A DNA stretch of 62,799 bases, from NCBI GenBank assembly GCA_964393815.1, contig CAYMUP010000001.1, positions 1-62,799 of the forward strand. Direction: 5' to 3'. Of this stretch, positions 35,157 through 44,665 are shown piece by piece. A program made the position numbers and the translations under genes. The notes under the pieces are model-generated. The model worked only from the letters and a program-made list of their open reading frames with translations. It did not search any database and had not been told where the DNA came from. The stretch is from an uncultured Candidatus Saccharibacteria bacterium (GTDB lineage Bacteria > Patescibacteriota > Saccharimonadia > Saccharimonadales > UBA4665). Each line of letters starts with the position of its first letter. Position 1 is the stretch's first letter.

Positions 35157-36981
35157 CCCCAAAGTCTCAATAGTAATCCCCGTCTACAACGGCTCCAACT
35201 ATCTCAAGGAAGCTATAGACAGCGCCCTTGCACAAACCTATAAAAACATTGAAATTATCGTAGTAAATGACGGCTCCACTGACAATGGCGCTACTGAAAA
35301 GATAGCTAAATCCTACGGCAAAAAAATACGCTACTACAGCAAAGAGAATGGCGGAGTAGCCACTGCTCTTAACTTAGGCATCGAAAAGATGAAAGGTGAA
35401 TACTTCTCCTGGCTGAGCCACGATGATTTGTACTATCCGGATAAGGTTGAGAAACAGATTAGGTTTCTAAATGACAACAAACTAAAGCATATTGTTTTAT
35501 ATTCTAACTACGAAGTAATAGACAAGAATTCCCGGCATCTCGCGTTTATAGAACACGATCATTATATGCTGACAATTAAGCCCGAATACGCTTTATTGAG
35601 GGGCTGTGTTAATGGTATTACATTGTTGATACCGAAAGATGCTTTCGAGGGCGAAAATCCGTTTGATCCGGATCTTAGATGCACGCAAGACTATGAACTG
35701 TGGAGGCGCATTATCCGTAAGTATGAATTTGTGCATATGGATGAGATCCTGTCGAAGACCAGAGAACATGCGGGTCAGGATTCTGTCAACCACCCCCGAA
35801 TACTCGTGGAGGGCAATCCGCTTTGGATTGGCATGATGGAAGATTTGAGTGTGCAAACCAAGAAAAGGCTTGAGGGGTCAGAATATGTTTTCTACCTGAA
35901 CATGTACTTCCATTTGCGTAAGTCGCCCTACAAAGAGGCGGCGGAATTCGCCAAAGAAAAAGCACACAAGCTTTATGCAAAGTTAGCACATAAAGTAGTT
36001 GACAAAGACCCCCTAATTTCAGTGATAATACCCTGCTACAACCAAGGCAAATACGTTGATGACGCAGTCGAATCAATACTTAAACAGACCTACAAGAATT
36101 ACGAGATTATAATAATTAACGATGGCTCAACTGATGAATACACAAACAAATTACTAAGCGACTATCACAAGCCTAAGACAAGGGTGTATACGACAAACAA
36201 CCAAGGACTGACGCTAGCTAGAAACTATGGAGTATCGGCTGCAAAGGGGGGTCTAATTCAACTCTTGGATGCGGATGACTATATTAGCCCCGAAAAGTTT
36301 GAAGCCCAGGTAAAAGTTTTCCGAGCAGCCCCAGTAACGAAAGTTGTATATACCAGCTATCAGTATTATTTTGAAAAGGAAAACGAGTACAAACCACCTT
36401 TTCACGGGCTGGCTATAAGCAGCAATCCAGTAGATGACTTCATATATCGATGGCAGAGGGGATTAAGCATCCCAATACACTGTGCAATGTTCAGAAAGGA
36501 AGTGTTTAACTCTGACGCGCCATTCGTGCCGGACATAAAAGCTTTGGAGGATTGGATCATGTGGGTTGATATTGCAAACAGGGGCGCCAAGTTTGCTATG
36601 CTCAACGAGGACATGGCAACGTATAGGGTGCAAGAAAAAAGTATGACTCAAAATGGTGAGCATATGTTCTACTGGGCATGTAGGGCGGTGGCGTATATAG
36701 CTGACAGGTATGTAAAACCTGATGAAGCGAACAGGTTTGATAAGGCTCAGCAAGGCTACCTGAAGTTTTTGGCTAACTATTTGCTACTCGGTGAAAACAA
36801 GGAAGGGGAAACGACACCTGCTACTAAACAGCAATTGGATTCCAGAACTGCGCGGTATCTCTCCCGGATACCAAAAAATGTCAAGAAAAGCCTGCCATAT
36901 CGAGCGGCTCGCATGGTTCACCATAAAGGGTTGGTAAGTACTGTCAAGGCTGCCAAGAAAAGGATTGTATCGCATGACTGA
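35146..36981 (+). CDS. two-domain glycosyltransferase family 2
   Basis: ATG 35146 preferred, giving MKNNPKVSIVIPVYNGSNYL. Two GT2 cores: VSIVIPVYNG ... VVNDGSTD ... WLSHDD and ISVIIPCYNQ ... IINDGSTD ... LLDADD. Confidence 0.88.
   Translation: MKNNPKVSIVIPVYNGSNYLKEAIDSALAQTYKNIEIIVVNDGSTDNGATEKIAKSYGKKIRYYSKENGGVATALNLGIEKMKGEYFSWLSHDDLYYPDKVEKQIRFLNDNKLKHIVLYSNYEVIDKNSRHLAFIEHDHYMLTIKPEYALLRGCVNGITLLIPKDAFEGENPFDPDLRCTQDYELWRRIIRKYEFVHMDEILSKTREHAGQDSVNHPRILVEGNPLWIGMMEDLSVQTKKRLEGSEYVFYLNMYFHLRKSPYKEAAEFAKEKAHKLYAKLAHKVVDKDPLISVIIPCYNQGKYVDDAVESILKQTYKNYEIIIINDGSTDEYTNKLLSDYHKPKTRVYTTNNQGLTLARNYGVSAAKGGLIQLLDADDYISPEKFEAQVKVFRAAPVTKVVYTSYQYYFEKENEYKPPFHGLAISSNPVDDFIYRWQRGLSIPIHCAMFRKEVFNSDAPFVPDIKALEDWIMWVDIANRGAKFAMLNEDMATYRVQEKSMTQNGEHMFYWACRAVAYIADRYVKPDEANRFDKAQQGYLKFLANYLLLGENKEGETTPATKQQLDSRTARYLSRIPKNVKKSLPYRAARMVHHKGLVSTVKAAKKRIVSHD
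35156..35465 (+). repeat. 310-bp perfect direct repeat, copy 1 (5' part of the first tandem GT2 gene)
   Basis: Base-for-base identical by eye to 36981-37290. Identity ends at 35466 (T) versus 37291 (C). Confidence 0.9.
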
Positions 36982-38761
36982 CCCCAAAGTCTCAATAGTA
37001 ATCCCCGTCTACAACGGCTCCAACTATCTCAAGGAAGCTATAGACAGCGCCCTTGCACAAACCTATAAAAACATTGAAATTATCGTAGTAAATGACGGCT
37101 CCACTGACAATGGCGCTACTGAAAAGATAGCTAAATCCTACGGCAAAAAAATACGCTACTACAGCAAAGAGAATGGCGGAGTAGCCACTGCTCTTAACTT
37201 AGGCATCGAAAAGATGAAAGGTGAATACTTCTCCTGGCTGAGCCACGATGATTTGTACTATCCGGATAAGGTTGAGAAACAGATTAGGTTCCTTCGAGGT
37301 ATCCAATTTAAGAAAGTCTTTCTTTACGCAAACTACTCGCTCCTGAAAGATGGTGTGGTTACGCCGGTCGTCCACAATCACGAAATGCTGGTTAGGAAGC
37401 CGCGGTATTCCATGCTAAGGGGCTGTGTAAATGGTATTACCGTGTTGATACCTAAGGCAATCTTGAACGAGGCAGGATGGCTTAACCCTGATTTACGGGT
37501 AACCCAAGACTATGACTATTGGCGCAAAATAGAAGGCAAATATGACTTTGTACATATGCAGGATGTGATATCGGTCACTCGTATCCACTCAGATCAAGAC
37601 ACACAGATTTCCCCTAGGGTCGTTGAAGAGGGGGATGCGCTGTGGATTGATATGATTAAAAAGCTGCCACAGAAGACTAAAATACAGTACGAAGGCACCC
37701 TGTACAACTTTTATTTAGAAATGGCTAAGTTCCTGGAGTCGACACCATATACTGGTACGCTTCAATTTTGTAGAAATGAGTTGCAAAATCTCGAGCGGCG
37801 CGTCAATAAACAAAAGTTCGAGCCGCTTGTTTCAGTAGTCATTCCGTTCTTTAACCGGCTTGAAAAGACGGTACGCGCCATTAAATCAGTGCAGCAACAA
37901 ACATACAAGAATGTAGAAATAGTCCTAGTAGATGATTGCTCCACGGTTGATACTCGGGTGATAAAGCGGTTAGCAGACAGTCATCATAATATCAAACTAA
38001 TTACTCTTCCTAAGAATGCAGGGCCGGCTGCGGCAAGGAACGTAGGCATAAAGCGCTCAACAGGCGACTATGTTGCTTTTTTGGATTCTGATGACGAGTT
38101 CCGCAAAGATAAGTTATCCCTGCAGCTTCACAAAATGGGGCTACATAACCCGCATATAAGCTATACGCCTTATGTCAGGCGCAAAGGAGCCGGAGAAGAA
38201 GTTGTGGGAGACCCTAGCCTATCTGGCATCGTTGTTCCTCAAATAGTGAGAGGTTGCTCAATCGCGACACCTACGGTAATTGTCAAAAAGGAAATATTAA
38301 CAAAGAATAACTTTTTCTTTAACGAGAGCCTTAGGATAGGTGAGGATACGTGTTTTTGGCTAGAGATTGCAAAAAGACACGAATTCCTTTATGTCGATAG
38401 CCCGCTAACGGTGGTGAACGTGGACCAGGACACTCATTCGCAAGATAGCACCAAACTGGTAAAAGGAATACAAAATATACTGACTTATCTTCTCACGGAT
38501 GATTACTACAAGCAGTTTAGTGGTGAGATTGCCGAGCTGAGCAACTATTTTTATAAGATCGATATGAGCGCTTCTCAGGAAGAACTGCACAGGCAGCTGG
38601 CTATTAGCCATTCTCTATCTCGAGTTGATACTGATGAACAAAGAACCCTCCGCAAAACGGTGCGGTCGAGAGGCCGTCGGGTGCGTGGAGTGCCCAGAAG
38701 ACTATATCGAGTAGGAGCGAGACTCGCTAAGGGCACAATTAAGCGAGAAGATAAAACATGA
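36974..38761 (+). CDS. two-domain glycosyltransferase family 2 (paralogue of the upstream gene)
   Basis: ATG 36974 preferred, giving MTDPKVSIV. The first about 105 aa are identical to the upstream gene. Second GT2 core VSVVIPFFNR ... LVDDCSTVD ... FLDSDD. Confidence 0.88.
   Translation: MTDPKVSIVIPVYNGSNYLKEAIDSALAQTYKNIEIIVVNDGSTDNGATEKIAKSYGKKIRYYSKENGGVATALNLGIEKMKGEYFSWLSHDDLYYPDKVEKQIRFLRGIQFKKVFLYANYSLLKDGVVTPVVHNHEMLVRKPRYSMLRGCVNGITVLIPKAILNEAGWLNPDLRVTQDYDYWRKIEGKYDFVHMQDVISVTRIHSDQDTQISPRVVEEGDALWIDMIKKLPQKTKIQYEGTLYNFYLEMAKFLESTPYTGTLQFCRNELQNLERRVNKQKFEPLVSVVIPFFNRLEKTVRAIKSVQQQTYKNVEIVLVDDCSTVDTRVIKRLADSHHNIKLITLPKNAGPAAARNVGIKRSTGDYVAFLDSDDEFRKDKLSLQLHKMGLHNPHISYTPYVRRKGAGEEVVGDPSLSGIVVPQIVRGCSIATPTVIVKKEILTKNNFFFNESLRIGEDTCFWLEIAKRHEFLYVDSPLTVVNVDQDTHSQDSTKLVKGIQNILTYLLTDDYYKQFSGEIAELSNYFYKIDMSASQEELHRQLAISHSLSRVDTDEQRTLRKTVRSRGRRVRGVPRRLYRVGARLAKGTIKREDKT
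36981..37290 (+). repeat. 310-bp perfect direct repeat, copy 2
   Basis: Identical to 35156-35465. Offset is 1825 bp. Confidence 0.9.
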
Positions 38762-41097
38762 AACCAAAAGTAACTGTTGCGATCATCGCCCTTAGTAAAG
38801 CCGAGAACACCCTGAGGGATTCATTGGATAGCGTTCTTTCTCAAACGTATGGTAATATAGAGGTAACAATTGTTTACGATAGCTATCTTAATAATACTGT
38901 TGTTGAACAGATAAAGCGCGAACGCCCCAACTCGAAAGTAAACTACTATAGGACAAACGGTGTGAACGAAGCGACCGCACTTAATGTAGCGGTAAAAAAT
39001 GCGACCGGCAAATACTTCTCTTGGCTAACAGTAAACGACAGATACCTCGAAGATAAGATCGATGACGATATATCTCTGCTGATTGACGATAATACGGCTA
39101 TCGCTTCTGGGTGGACGATAGTGAACCAAAATACAAAACAGAGGAAGGTACACCATGCACCCCATGCCCTAGAAATGCACCCCGGGCCGCTACTCGCATT
39201 TGCCCAAGGTGTTGAAGTCAACACGATGGCTATGCTGCTTCCGATATCGTACTTGAAGAAGTACGGGTTTAGCGAAGTATCCTCGCCTGTGCGCGACTAC
39301 AAGTTACTTGGATCAATGATTGCCGGAGGTATCACTTTTAGAGTTTCAAAAAAGAATAACCAAAAAATCGCATATCGTTTAAGTGATGACTACTCCCACA
39401 ATCCAAAGGCCAAGACACACGATGACTTTTCTCGTTCTGAGATAATTGCCGACCTAACCCCCGAAGAAGTGTCAGCATATTTCTTCGAGTGCGGGATAAA
39501 TGTTGTTGACTACTACAAAGAAATGCTTACTGATGGGTATCCGAGGGTCTGCGCATTTCTAATGGAAAAAGTGATCAGAGGCTTGCTAGCTGCTGGAGAT
39601 GTGAGGTTAGCAGAAAGAATGCTAGTTCAAGATTTCTCAGGGCTAACTGAAGATCAGTTTGCGACTTCCGCAAAAGTGATTGCGAGTAAGATCACAGAAC
39701 CATCACATAGAAAAAAGATCTTATTTAGCTCGGCACAATGGTTGACCGGTGGGATGGAACGGGTCATGTCGGTCTTGTTTGAAGAGCTAAAGGACGAGTA
39801 TGAAGTAATGCTTATAACCCCCTATGATGACAGACAGAGCCAAATAGGGATTCCAAGTTACATAACCAACATTAAGATCGATGTAGAGTTATTTAAAAGG
39901 CATTTCGACTCTCTAATACTGGCTTATGCACTGTTGCTGGATGTCGATGCTGTCATTGGCTACATGAATCTTTTTGGCAAACAACAGAACCTATATAACC
40001 TATGTGTAGGGACAAAAATAAAGACAATCGCATCAAATCATGAGTATTATTTCTACCCATACAAAAGCAAAACTCACTATGATGCGGCTTTAACTAGGTT
40101 GGAGGCGTTTAAAAACTGTGATGCTATTGTTTGGCCAACCAATTTTAGTGCTGCACTCTGTGGTTTGTATGCTGAGAGGAACTATGTAATTGGTAACCCC
40201 AATAAGTTCCCGGTTGTCCAAAAGCCACTGCAAAAAAATCACAGAAAACAGATCATTTGTGTGGGAAGATTCAACGACCCGATAAAACGTATTGATCGGG
40301 CGCTAGAGTGCTTTTCAAAAGTTCTACAGACGGTACCTGATGCTTCGCTAGTGCTCGTCGGCAAGTATGAGTATGAAACACCCATTGATCGAACCGGTCG
40401 CACAATAAAGAGCATGATTGAGAGCCTTGCTATTCCTTTAGAGAAGATTACTTTTGCAGGAGAGGTAAGCAATGTCGAACACTACTTCAAACAGGCAAGA
40501 GTACTCTTGATCACATCCGTGAGCGAAGGTTTCGGCATGGTAGTCAATGAGGCGGCTTGTTTCGGTGTCCCATCGGTTTGTAACTATATGCCTGGTATCG
40601 AGGATATTGTAGTTGATAAAGAAAATGGGCTTATCGTAGAACAGGACGACATTAATAGTATGGCTATAGGGGTCTCGAGAATTCTAGAAGATGACGAGCT
40701 AAGAAGTAGGTTGAGTGATGCAGCCCTAAAAAATGCGCGGAGATTTGAAGCCCATCACATTGGGTACAAATGGCGTGTTTTAATCAATACGCTTTTGAAT
40801 ACAGAAGAGAAGGAAGCGCAAAGAGTATTGGCTTCTAGTCTGGCGTATAAATCACCCGACACGGACAAGCTCATCAAAGTCCTAGCCGGGGAAGCTAATG
40901 ATATATTAATGCAGGCTATTAAGAATGCCTCTCTGCAAGACGATCCCACAGGAATAAAGCTCCTGATGTCAAAGATATTAGGCGCACCTAAGCGGTTAAG
41001 GGCTAATGTTGAGTTTGAAGGATATACCAAGACTTTACGCAAGATACTAACTCGCTCAATGAAGCTAATACGAAAAAAGCTGTATGCTAAAAGATAA
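38758..41097 (+). CDS. bifunctional glycosyltransferase: N-terminal GT2-like domain plus C-terminal GT4 domain (779 aa)
   Basis: ATGA overlap. KVTVAIIALSKAENTLRDSLDSVLSQTYGNIEVTIVYDS is GT2-like. C-terminal ITSVSEGFGMVVNEAACFGVPSVCNYMPGIEDIVVDKENGLIV is the GT4 EX7E region. Confidence 0.8.
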   Translation: MKPKVTVAIIALSKAENTLRDSLDSVLSQTYGNIEVTIVYDSYLNNTVVEQIKRERPNSKVNYYRTNGVNEATALNVAVKNATGKYFSWLTVNDRYLEDKIDDDISLLIDDNTAIASGWTIVNQNTKQRKVHHAPHALEMHPGPLLAFAQGVEVNTMAMLLPISYLKKYGFSEVSSPVRDYKLLGSMIAGGITFRVSKKNNQKIAYRLSDDYSHNPKAKTHDDFSRSEIIADLTPEEVSAYFFECGINVVDYYKEMLTDGYPRVCAFLMEKVIRGLLAAGDVRLAERMLVQDFSGLTEDQFATSAKVIASKITEPSHRKKILFSSAQWLTGGMERVMSVLFEELKDEYEVMLITPYDDRQSQIGIPSYITNIKIDVELFKRHFDSLILAYALLLDVDAVIGYMNLFGKQQNLYNLCVGTKIKTIASNHEYYFYPYKSKTHYDAALTRLEAFKNCDAIVWPTNFSAALCGLYAERNYVIGNPNKFPVVQKPLQKNHRKQIICVGRFNDPIKRIDRALECFSKVLQTVPDASLVLVGKYEYETPIDRTGRTIKSMIESLAIPLEKITFAGEVSNVEHYFKQARVLLITSVSEGFGMVVNEAACFGVPSVCNYMPGIEDIVVDKENGLIVEQDDINSMAIGVSRILEDDELRSRLSDAALKNARRFEAHHIGYKWRVLINTLLNTEEKEAQRVLASSLAYKSPDTDKLIKVLAGEANDILMQAIKNASLQDDPTGIKLLMSKILGAPKRLRANVEFEGYTKTLRKILTRSMKLIRKKLYAKR

Positions 41098-42265
41098 GCC
41101 AAAAGTTTCTATCGTGATCCCGGTATTCAACGGGACGAACTATCTGGCGCAGGCTATCGACAGTGCGCTTGCTCAAACATACAACAACATCGAGGTACTG
41201 GTTATCGATGACGGCTCTACCGACTCAGGTGCAACTGAAAAAAAGGCACTATCTTATGGCGATAAAATCAGATATTTTAGGAAACCCAATGAGGGCGTCG
41301 CTTCCGCACTGAACTTTGGTATAAAGAAGATGGAAGGCGAATATTTCTCATGGTTGTCGCACGATGATCTATATGAGAGGTCAAAAATTGCCGACCAAAT
41401 AGAGTTGGTCGAGTCGCTGGGGGGTAGTCATAACATCGTAGCCTGCAATGCAAGAATGCTGTACCAAAATGGCATAAAAAAACCGATGAAGATGGATAGC
41501 CAAATATTCAAGCATCTTAGTATATTTCTTGCAACATCTGCGAGAGTTGGTCTGAATGGCTGCTCGTTACTAATACCCCGCCAAGCGCTTGTTGAAAGCG
41601 GGGGCTTTAATACAAGCCTACCTTTTACCCAAGACTACGACATGTGGCATAGGTTGGGCGATAAGCATGGATATCGATTTGTGTTACTTGAAAAAGAACT
41701 TGTTCTCTACAGGGTACATGCCAATCAAGACAGCTTGGCCAAGAGTGAACTATGCGTGAGGGCGGGAGATGAATTACGCAGTAAATTGTTAAAAGAAATC
41801 CCCTTCAGCGATTATAGAGGGTACTTTGCGGAAAGAGAAAGCAATATCGACATATTCATCAGTGACTACAAAGCGTATAAAGAGAGCGGGCACTTTCACG
41901 CAGCTTCGGAGATGCTGCGCATCCTATTCAAATATTATGATTTGCATGACAAAAATAAACTCTACGATATTTTCCTTAAGGAAGTTGATGTACATGCATT
42001 GAAAAGAATGCCTCTTTTTCGCATTAAAAGCAGCCACTTTAATGTGGACGATAAGAAGTATGTTCGTGAGGCTATACCATTACTATACTCGCGTATAATA
42101 GGGGATAACGACATACTTATCCCGCTAAAACTATCCATGCCCATAAATATGTCCGAGTTGTCTGCATCGAGGAGAATACTCTGGAGGATTAGTCAGAATC
42201 TAAAGAATGAAGGCATACGCATAACAACACAAAAGCTAATAAAGAAAGTTATTCAGTCTCACTAG
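41084..42265 (+). CDS. glycosyltransferase family 2 (diverged third paralogue of the PKVSIVIPV-type domain)
   Basis: MLKDKPKVSIVIPVFNGTNYLAQAIDSALAQTYNNIEVLVIDDGSTD ... WLSHDD. Confidence 0.85.
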   Translation: MLKDKPKVSIVIPVFNGTNYLAQAIDSALAQTYNNIEVLVIDDGSTDSGATEKKALSYGDKIRYFRKPNEGVASALNFGIKKMEGEYFSWLSHDDLYERSKIADQIELVESLGGSHNIVACNARMLYQNGIKKPMKMDSQIFKHLSIFLATSARVGLNGCSLLIPRQALVESGGFNTSLPFTQDYDMWHRLGDKHGYRFVLLEKELVLYRVHANQDSLAKSELCVRAGDELRSKLLKEIPFSDYRGYFAERESNIDIFISDYKAYKESGHFHAASEMLRILFKYYDLHDKNKLYDIFLKEVDVHALKRMPLFRIKSSHFNVDDKKYVREAIPLLYSRIIGDNDILIPLKLSMPINMSELSASRRILWRISQNLKNEGIRITTQKLIKKVIQSH

Positions 42266-43986
42266 TTAGGTGTTTTCATAGGCATAGGCATGCCACTGGG
42301 AATGAGATTGAGTTCTGTGTTCGAAACTAACAATGCGTCCGTGAATTTATACGAGTAGCTAAAATATGTCTCTTCGTTGGGGAAGGGTCTTTTGGTGCCT
42401 GAATCAATCACGAATATTCCACCCGCTGGTGATCTGACTAATATTCCATCTCTATAATGAACATTATATTCCATAGGTACACCATCGGGGATTATGGACA
42501 ACTCGGCTTCGCTTATAGAGGCAATACCCCCCCATGAATAATGGTTGCTTATGAAAACCAGTTCATTCGGAAAGGGACGTTTATATCCGTTTTCAACGCG
42601 GTAGATACCGCCTAACCTAGACATTAGTAGTAGATCATCTCTAAGGTGCGGGTTGTACTCAAGAGGCGAGCCTTCTGGTATAAGTGAGATTTCAAGATCA
42701 CTTATCGAAAGAGCATCCACCCAGCTATACCCATAGCTAAGGTAAGTGCCTTCATTCCGGAATGGTCGTTTAAAACCATTCTCCACAATGTATATGCCGC
42801 CTTTGGGGGACTTGACAAGTATCCCATCTCTAAAGTGGGTGTTGTACTCAATCGTCGCACCACGTGGCAAGCGATCAAACTCGGATTTGGAAATAGTAAG
42901 GACACTTGACCATTTATTCTTATAGCTCAAGAAAGTTATCTCATTCGGAAAGGGTCGTTTTAGGCCACTCTCCATCTGATAAACTCCTTCTCCAGCTGTT
43001 GTTATCAAGCTCCGAACAGTGGATCCGAACCAGTCGCTGTAGACGCGCCAGAAGTTGCGGTTGCCGTATGCACTACAGTTGTCGCCGGTGCCGTACATGT
43101 TGTTTAATGCGGCCTGATTCGGTTGATAGGGGGTGTAGGTGTATAAGGCGGCAGATGCTTTTGATTCCAGATAAACATTTCCGCCTCCACAACCGCTAGG
43201 TGCGACATTCCACAGAATATTGTTGGTCTGATAGGGGCGCTTGTATTGCCACCAACTCTGAGTCATGTTGTCAAGATACCAGCGTAGTAGAGCGGCCGCT
43301 TCGCGCATCTGGATAGAAAAGCCTGCGTAGTTGCTATCACAGTTGGCGCTACCACCTGGGCCGCTGTCTGGGCAGTGTGCGCCCATAGCGTATAAGTACT
43401 GGTTGCGAAATGGCCAGTCATCGGTCGTGAGCGGACCAGCCGACTCGGTGTGCAGTTTGACGAGTAGTACTTTCGGGCTGATGTTGTAGGCCTTAGCGGC
43501 GTCGGAAATCAGCTGGGCGGCACTGACCGCGCCGGCGGGGATAGGCGCGCCATTGGCGTTGCTTGCAGGCAAGCCGGGGCCGGGAGTTGTTTTGGGCACC
43601 TCATAGTACTCTTTTAGGCAGGTGAATGGTAGATTGGCGTCGGAAGTCTGGTTATAGGTATTGTAACGGTTTGCAAAAGTAGCACGCGAGGTCGTAACCC
43701 ATGTGCCGCCACTAAACCAGCTAAAACGTACCTGGCCGGTACTGGCATTGTAGTAGTAGCCAACGCTCTTTGTGCCGTTGTTATCGCAGGCTGGGTTTTG
43801 AGAGTTCAGAAAGTTCTGTATCTCCTGCGTGCTCATACTATTGGCATCTGTAAATATACCGTCATCAATTATGCGTCCTGCTTTCCAATCTGAGGCTGTA
43901 ACTGCGTTGGCTGTGGGGGTTAAAACCGTGAAAAAGCTTGAAGAAACCAGCACGCCAACAGATAAGGTGTATAGAATCTTTTTCAT
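42262..43986 (-). CDS. secreted protein with four C-terminal 63-aa tandem repeats (putative cell-wall or glycan binding)
   Basis: Signal peptide MKKILYTLSVGVLVSSSFFTVLTPTANA. The repeat GGIYxVENGxKRPFPNExxxxSYxYxW ... IPxGxPxEYNxHxRDGxLV occurs four times (aa 333-574, nt 42265-42990, period 189 nt). Confidence 0.65.
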   Translation of the reverse strand: MKKILYTLSVGVLVSSSFFTVLTPTANAVTASDWKAGRIIDDGIFTDANSMSTQEIQNFLNSQNPACDNNGTKSVGYYYNASTGQVRFSWFSGGTWVTTSRATFANRYNTYNQTSDANLPFTCLKEYYEVPKTTPGPGLPASNANGAPIPAGAVSAAQLISDAAKAYNISPKVLLVKLHTESAGPLTTDDWPFRNQYLYAMGAHCPDSGPGGSANCDSNYAGFSIQMREAAALLRWYLDNMTQSWWQYKRPYQTNNILWNVAPSGCGGGNVYLESKASAALYTYTPYQPNQAALNNMYGTGDNCSAYGNRNFWRVYSDWFGSTVRSLITTAGEGVYQMESGLKRPFPNEITFLSYKNKWSSVLTISKSEFDRLPRGATIEYNTHFRDGILVKSPKGGIYIVENGFKRPFRNEGTYLSYGYSWVDALSISDLEISLIPEGSPLEYNPHLRDDLLLMSRLGGIYRVENGYKRPFPNELVFISNHYSWGGIASISEAELSIIPDGVPMEYNVHYRDGILVRSPAGGIFVIDSGTKRPFPNEETYFSYSYKFTDALLVSNTELNLIPSGMPMPMKTPN

Positions 43987-43988
43987 TT

Positions 43989-44546
43989 CTACTTAACCTC
44001 CAGCGTAATTGTTTTTTGCATAGTGGAACCGTTAGTTGGCGTCGCTTCGACGTTGATAGACCACGCGCCAGCGCCAACCGCACTTATGGGGACACTGAAA
44101 CCAGCGCATGACGAAAACTCCGGCTGGTAGATGATTGGTGCAGTCTGGGAAGTTGTTTTGGCACCGTTTGAAACAGTAAGTTTACACGTACCACCAGCGA
44201 CATTTTGCATTTTTGTCAGTACGGTAACAGATTGATCGCTTTGTGAAGCGCTAAGCTCCAGAGATCCGGAGGGCGTGACAGCTGCTTGCGTCTGAGTAGC
44301 TGATTCGGTTGTTTGCGCTTGGCTGGATTTGTCGAGAAAACTTTGCTTGGCCTGTGTCTCTGCTTGTTTTTGTTCGGCAGCTTTTTCTTTTGTCGATCCG
44401 GAAGGGTTTTGTTTGCCAGGCATCTTTAGAAGGTCAGTTGTCTTGGTTTTTTCGAGCGCTAACAAAACTAGCGTACCGAGCACGAGAATAGCTACGATTA
44501 TGCCAAGAGTTTTCTTCCAATTTTTACGATGAGAGACTTTTGTCAT
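43989..44546 (-). CDS. hypothetical N-terminally anchored small protein (185 aa)
   Basis: TM LGIIVAILVLGTLVLLAL, a Gln/Thr/Ala-rich linker, and a beta-rich C-terminal domain containing two Cys. Lies 2 nt upstream of the next gene. Confidence 0.55.
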   Translation of the reverse strand: MTKVSHRKNWKKTLGIIVAILVLGTLVLLALEKTKTTDLLKMPGKQNPSGSTKEKAAEQKQAETQAKQSFLDKSSQAQTTESATQTQAAVTPSGSLELSASQSDQSVTVLTKMQNVAGGTCKLTVSNGAKTTSQTAPIIYQPEFSSCAGFSVPISAVGAGAWSINVEATPTNGSTMQKTITLEVK

Positions 44547-44665
44547 GTATGTATTTTCATTGCGAGATAATATACATAAGTAGTATACCCGCTTATTGAT
44601 CCAAAAGCAAGCTAGTTAGGAGGCTGCCTCGTCACAAAATATAAAACGTGGTGTCACAGATAGGC

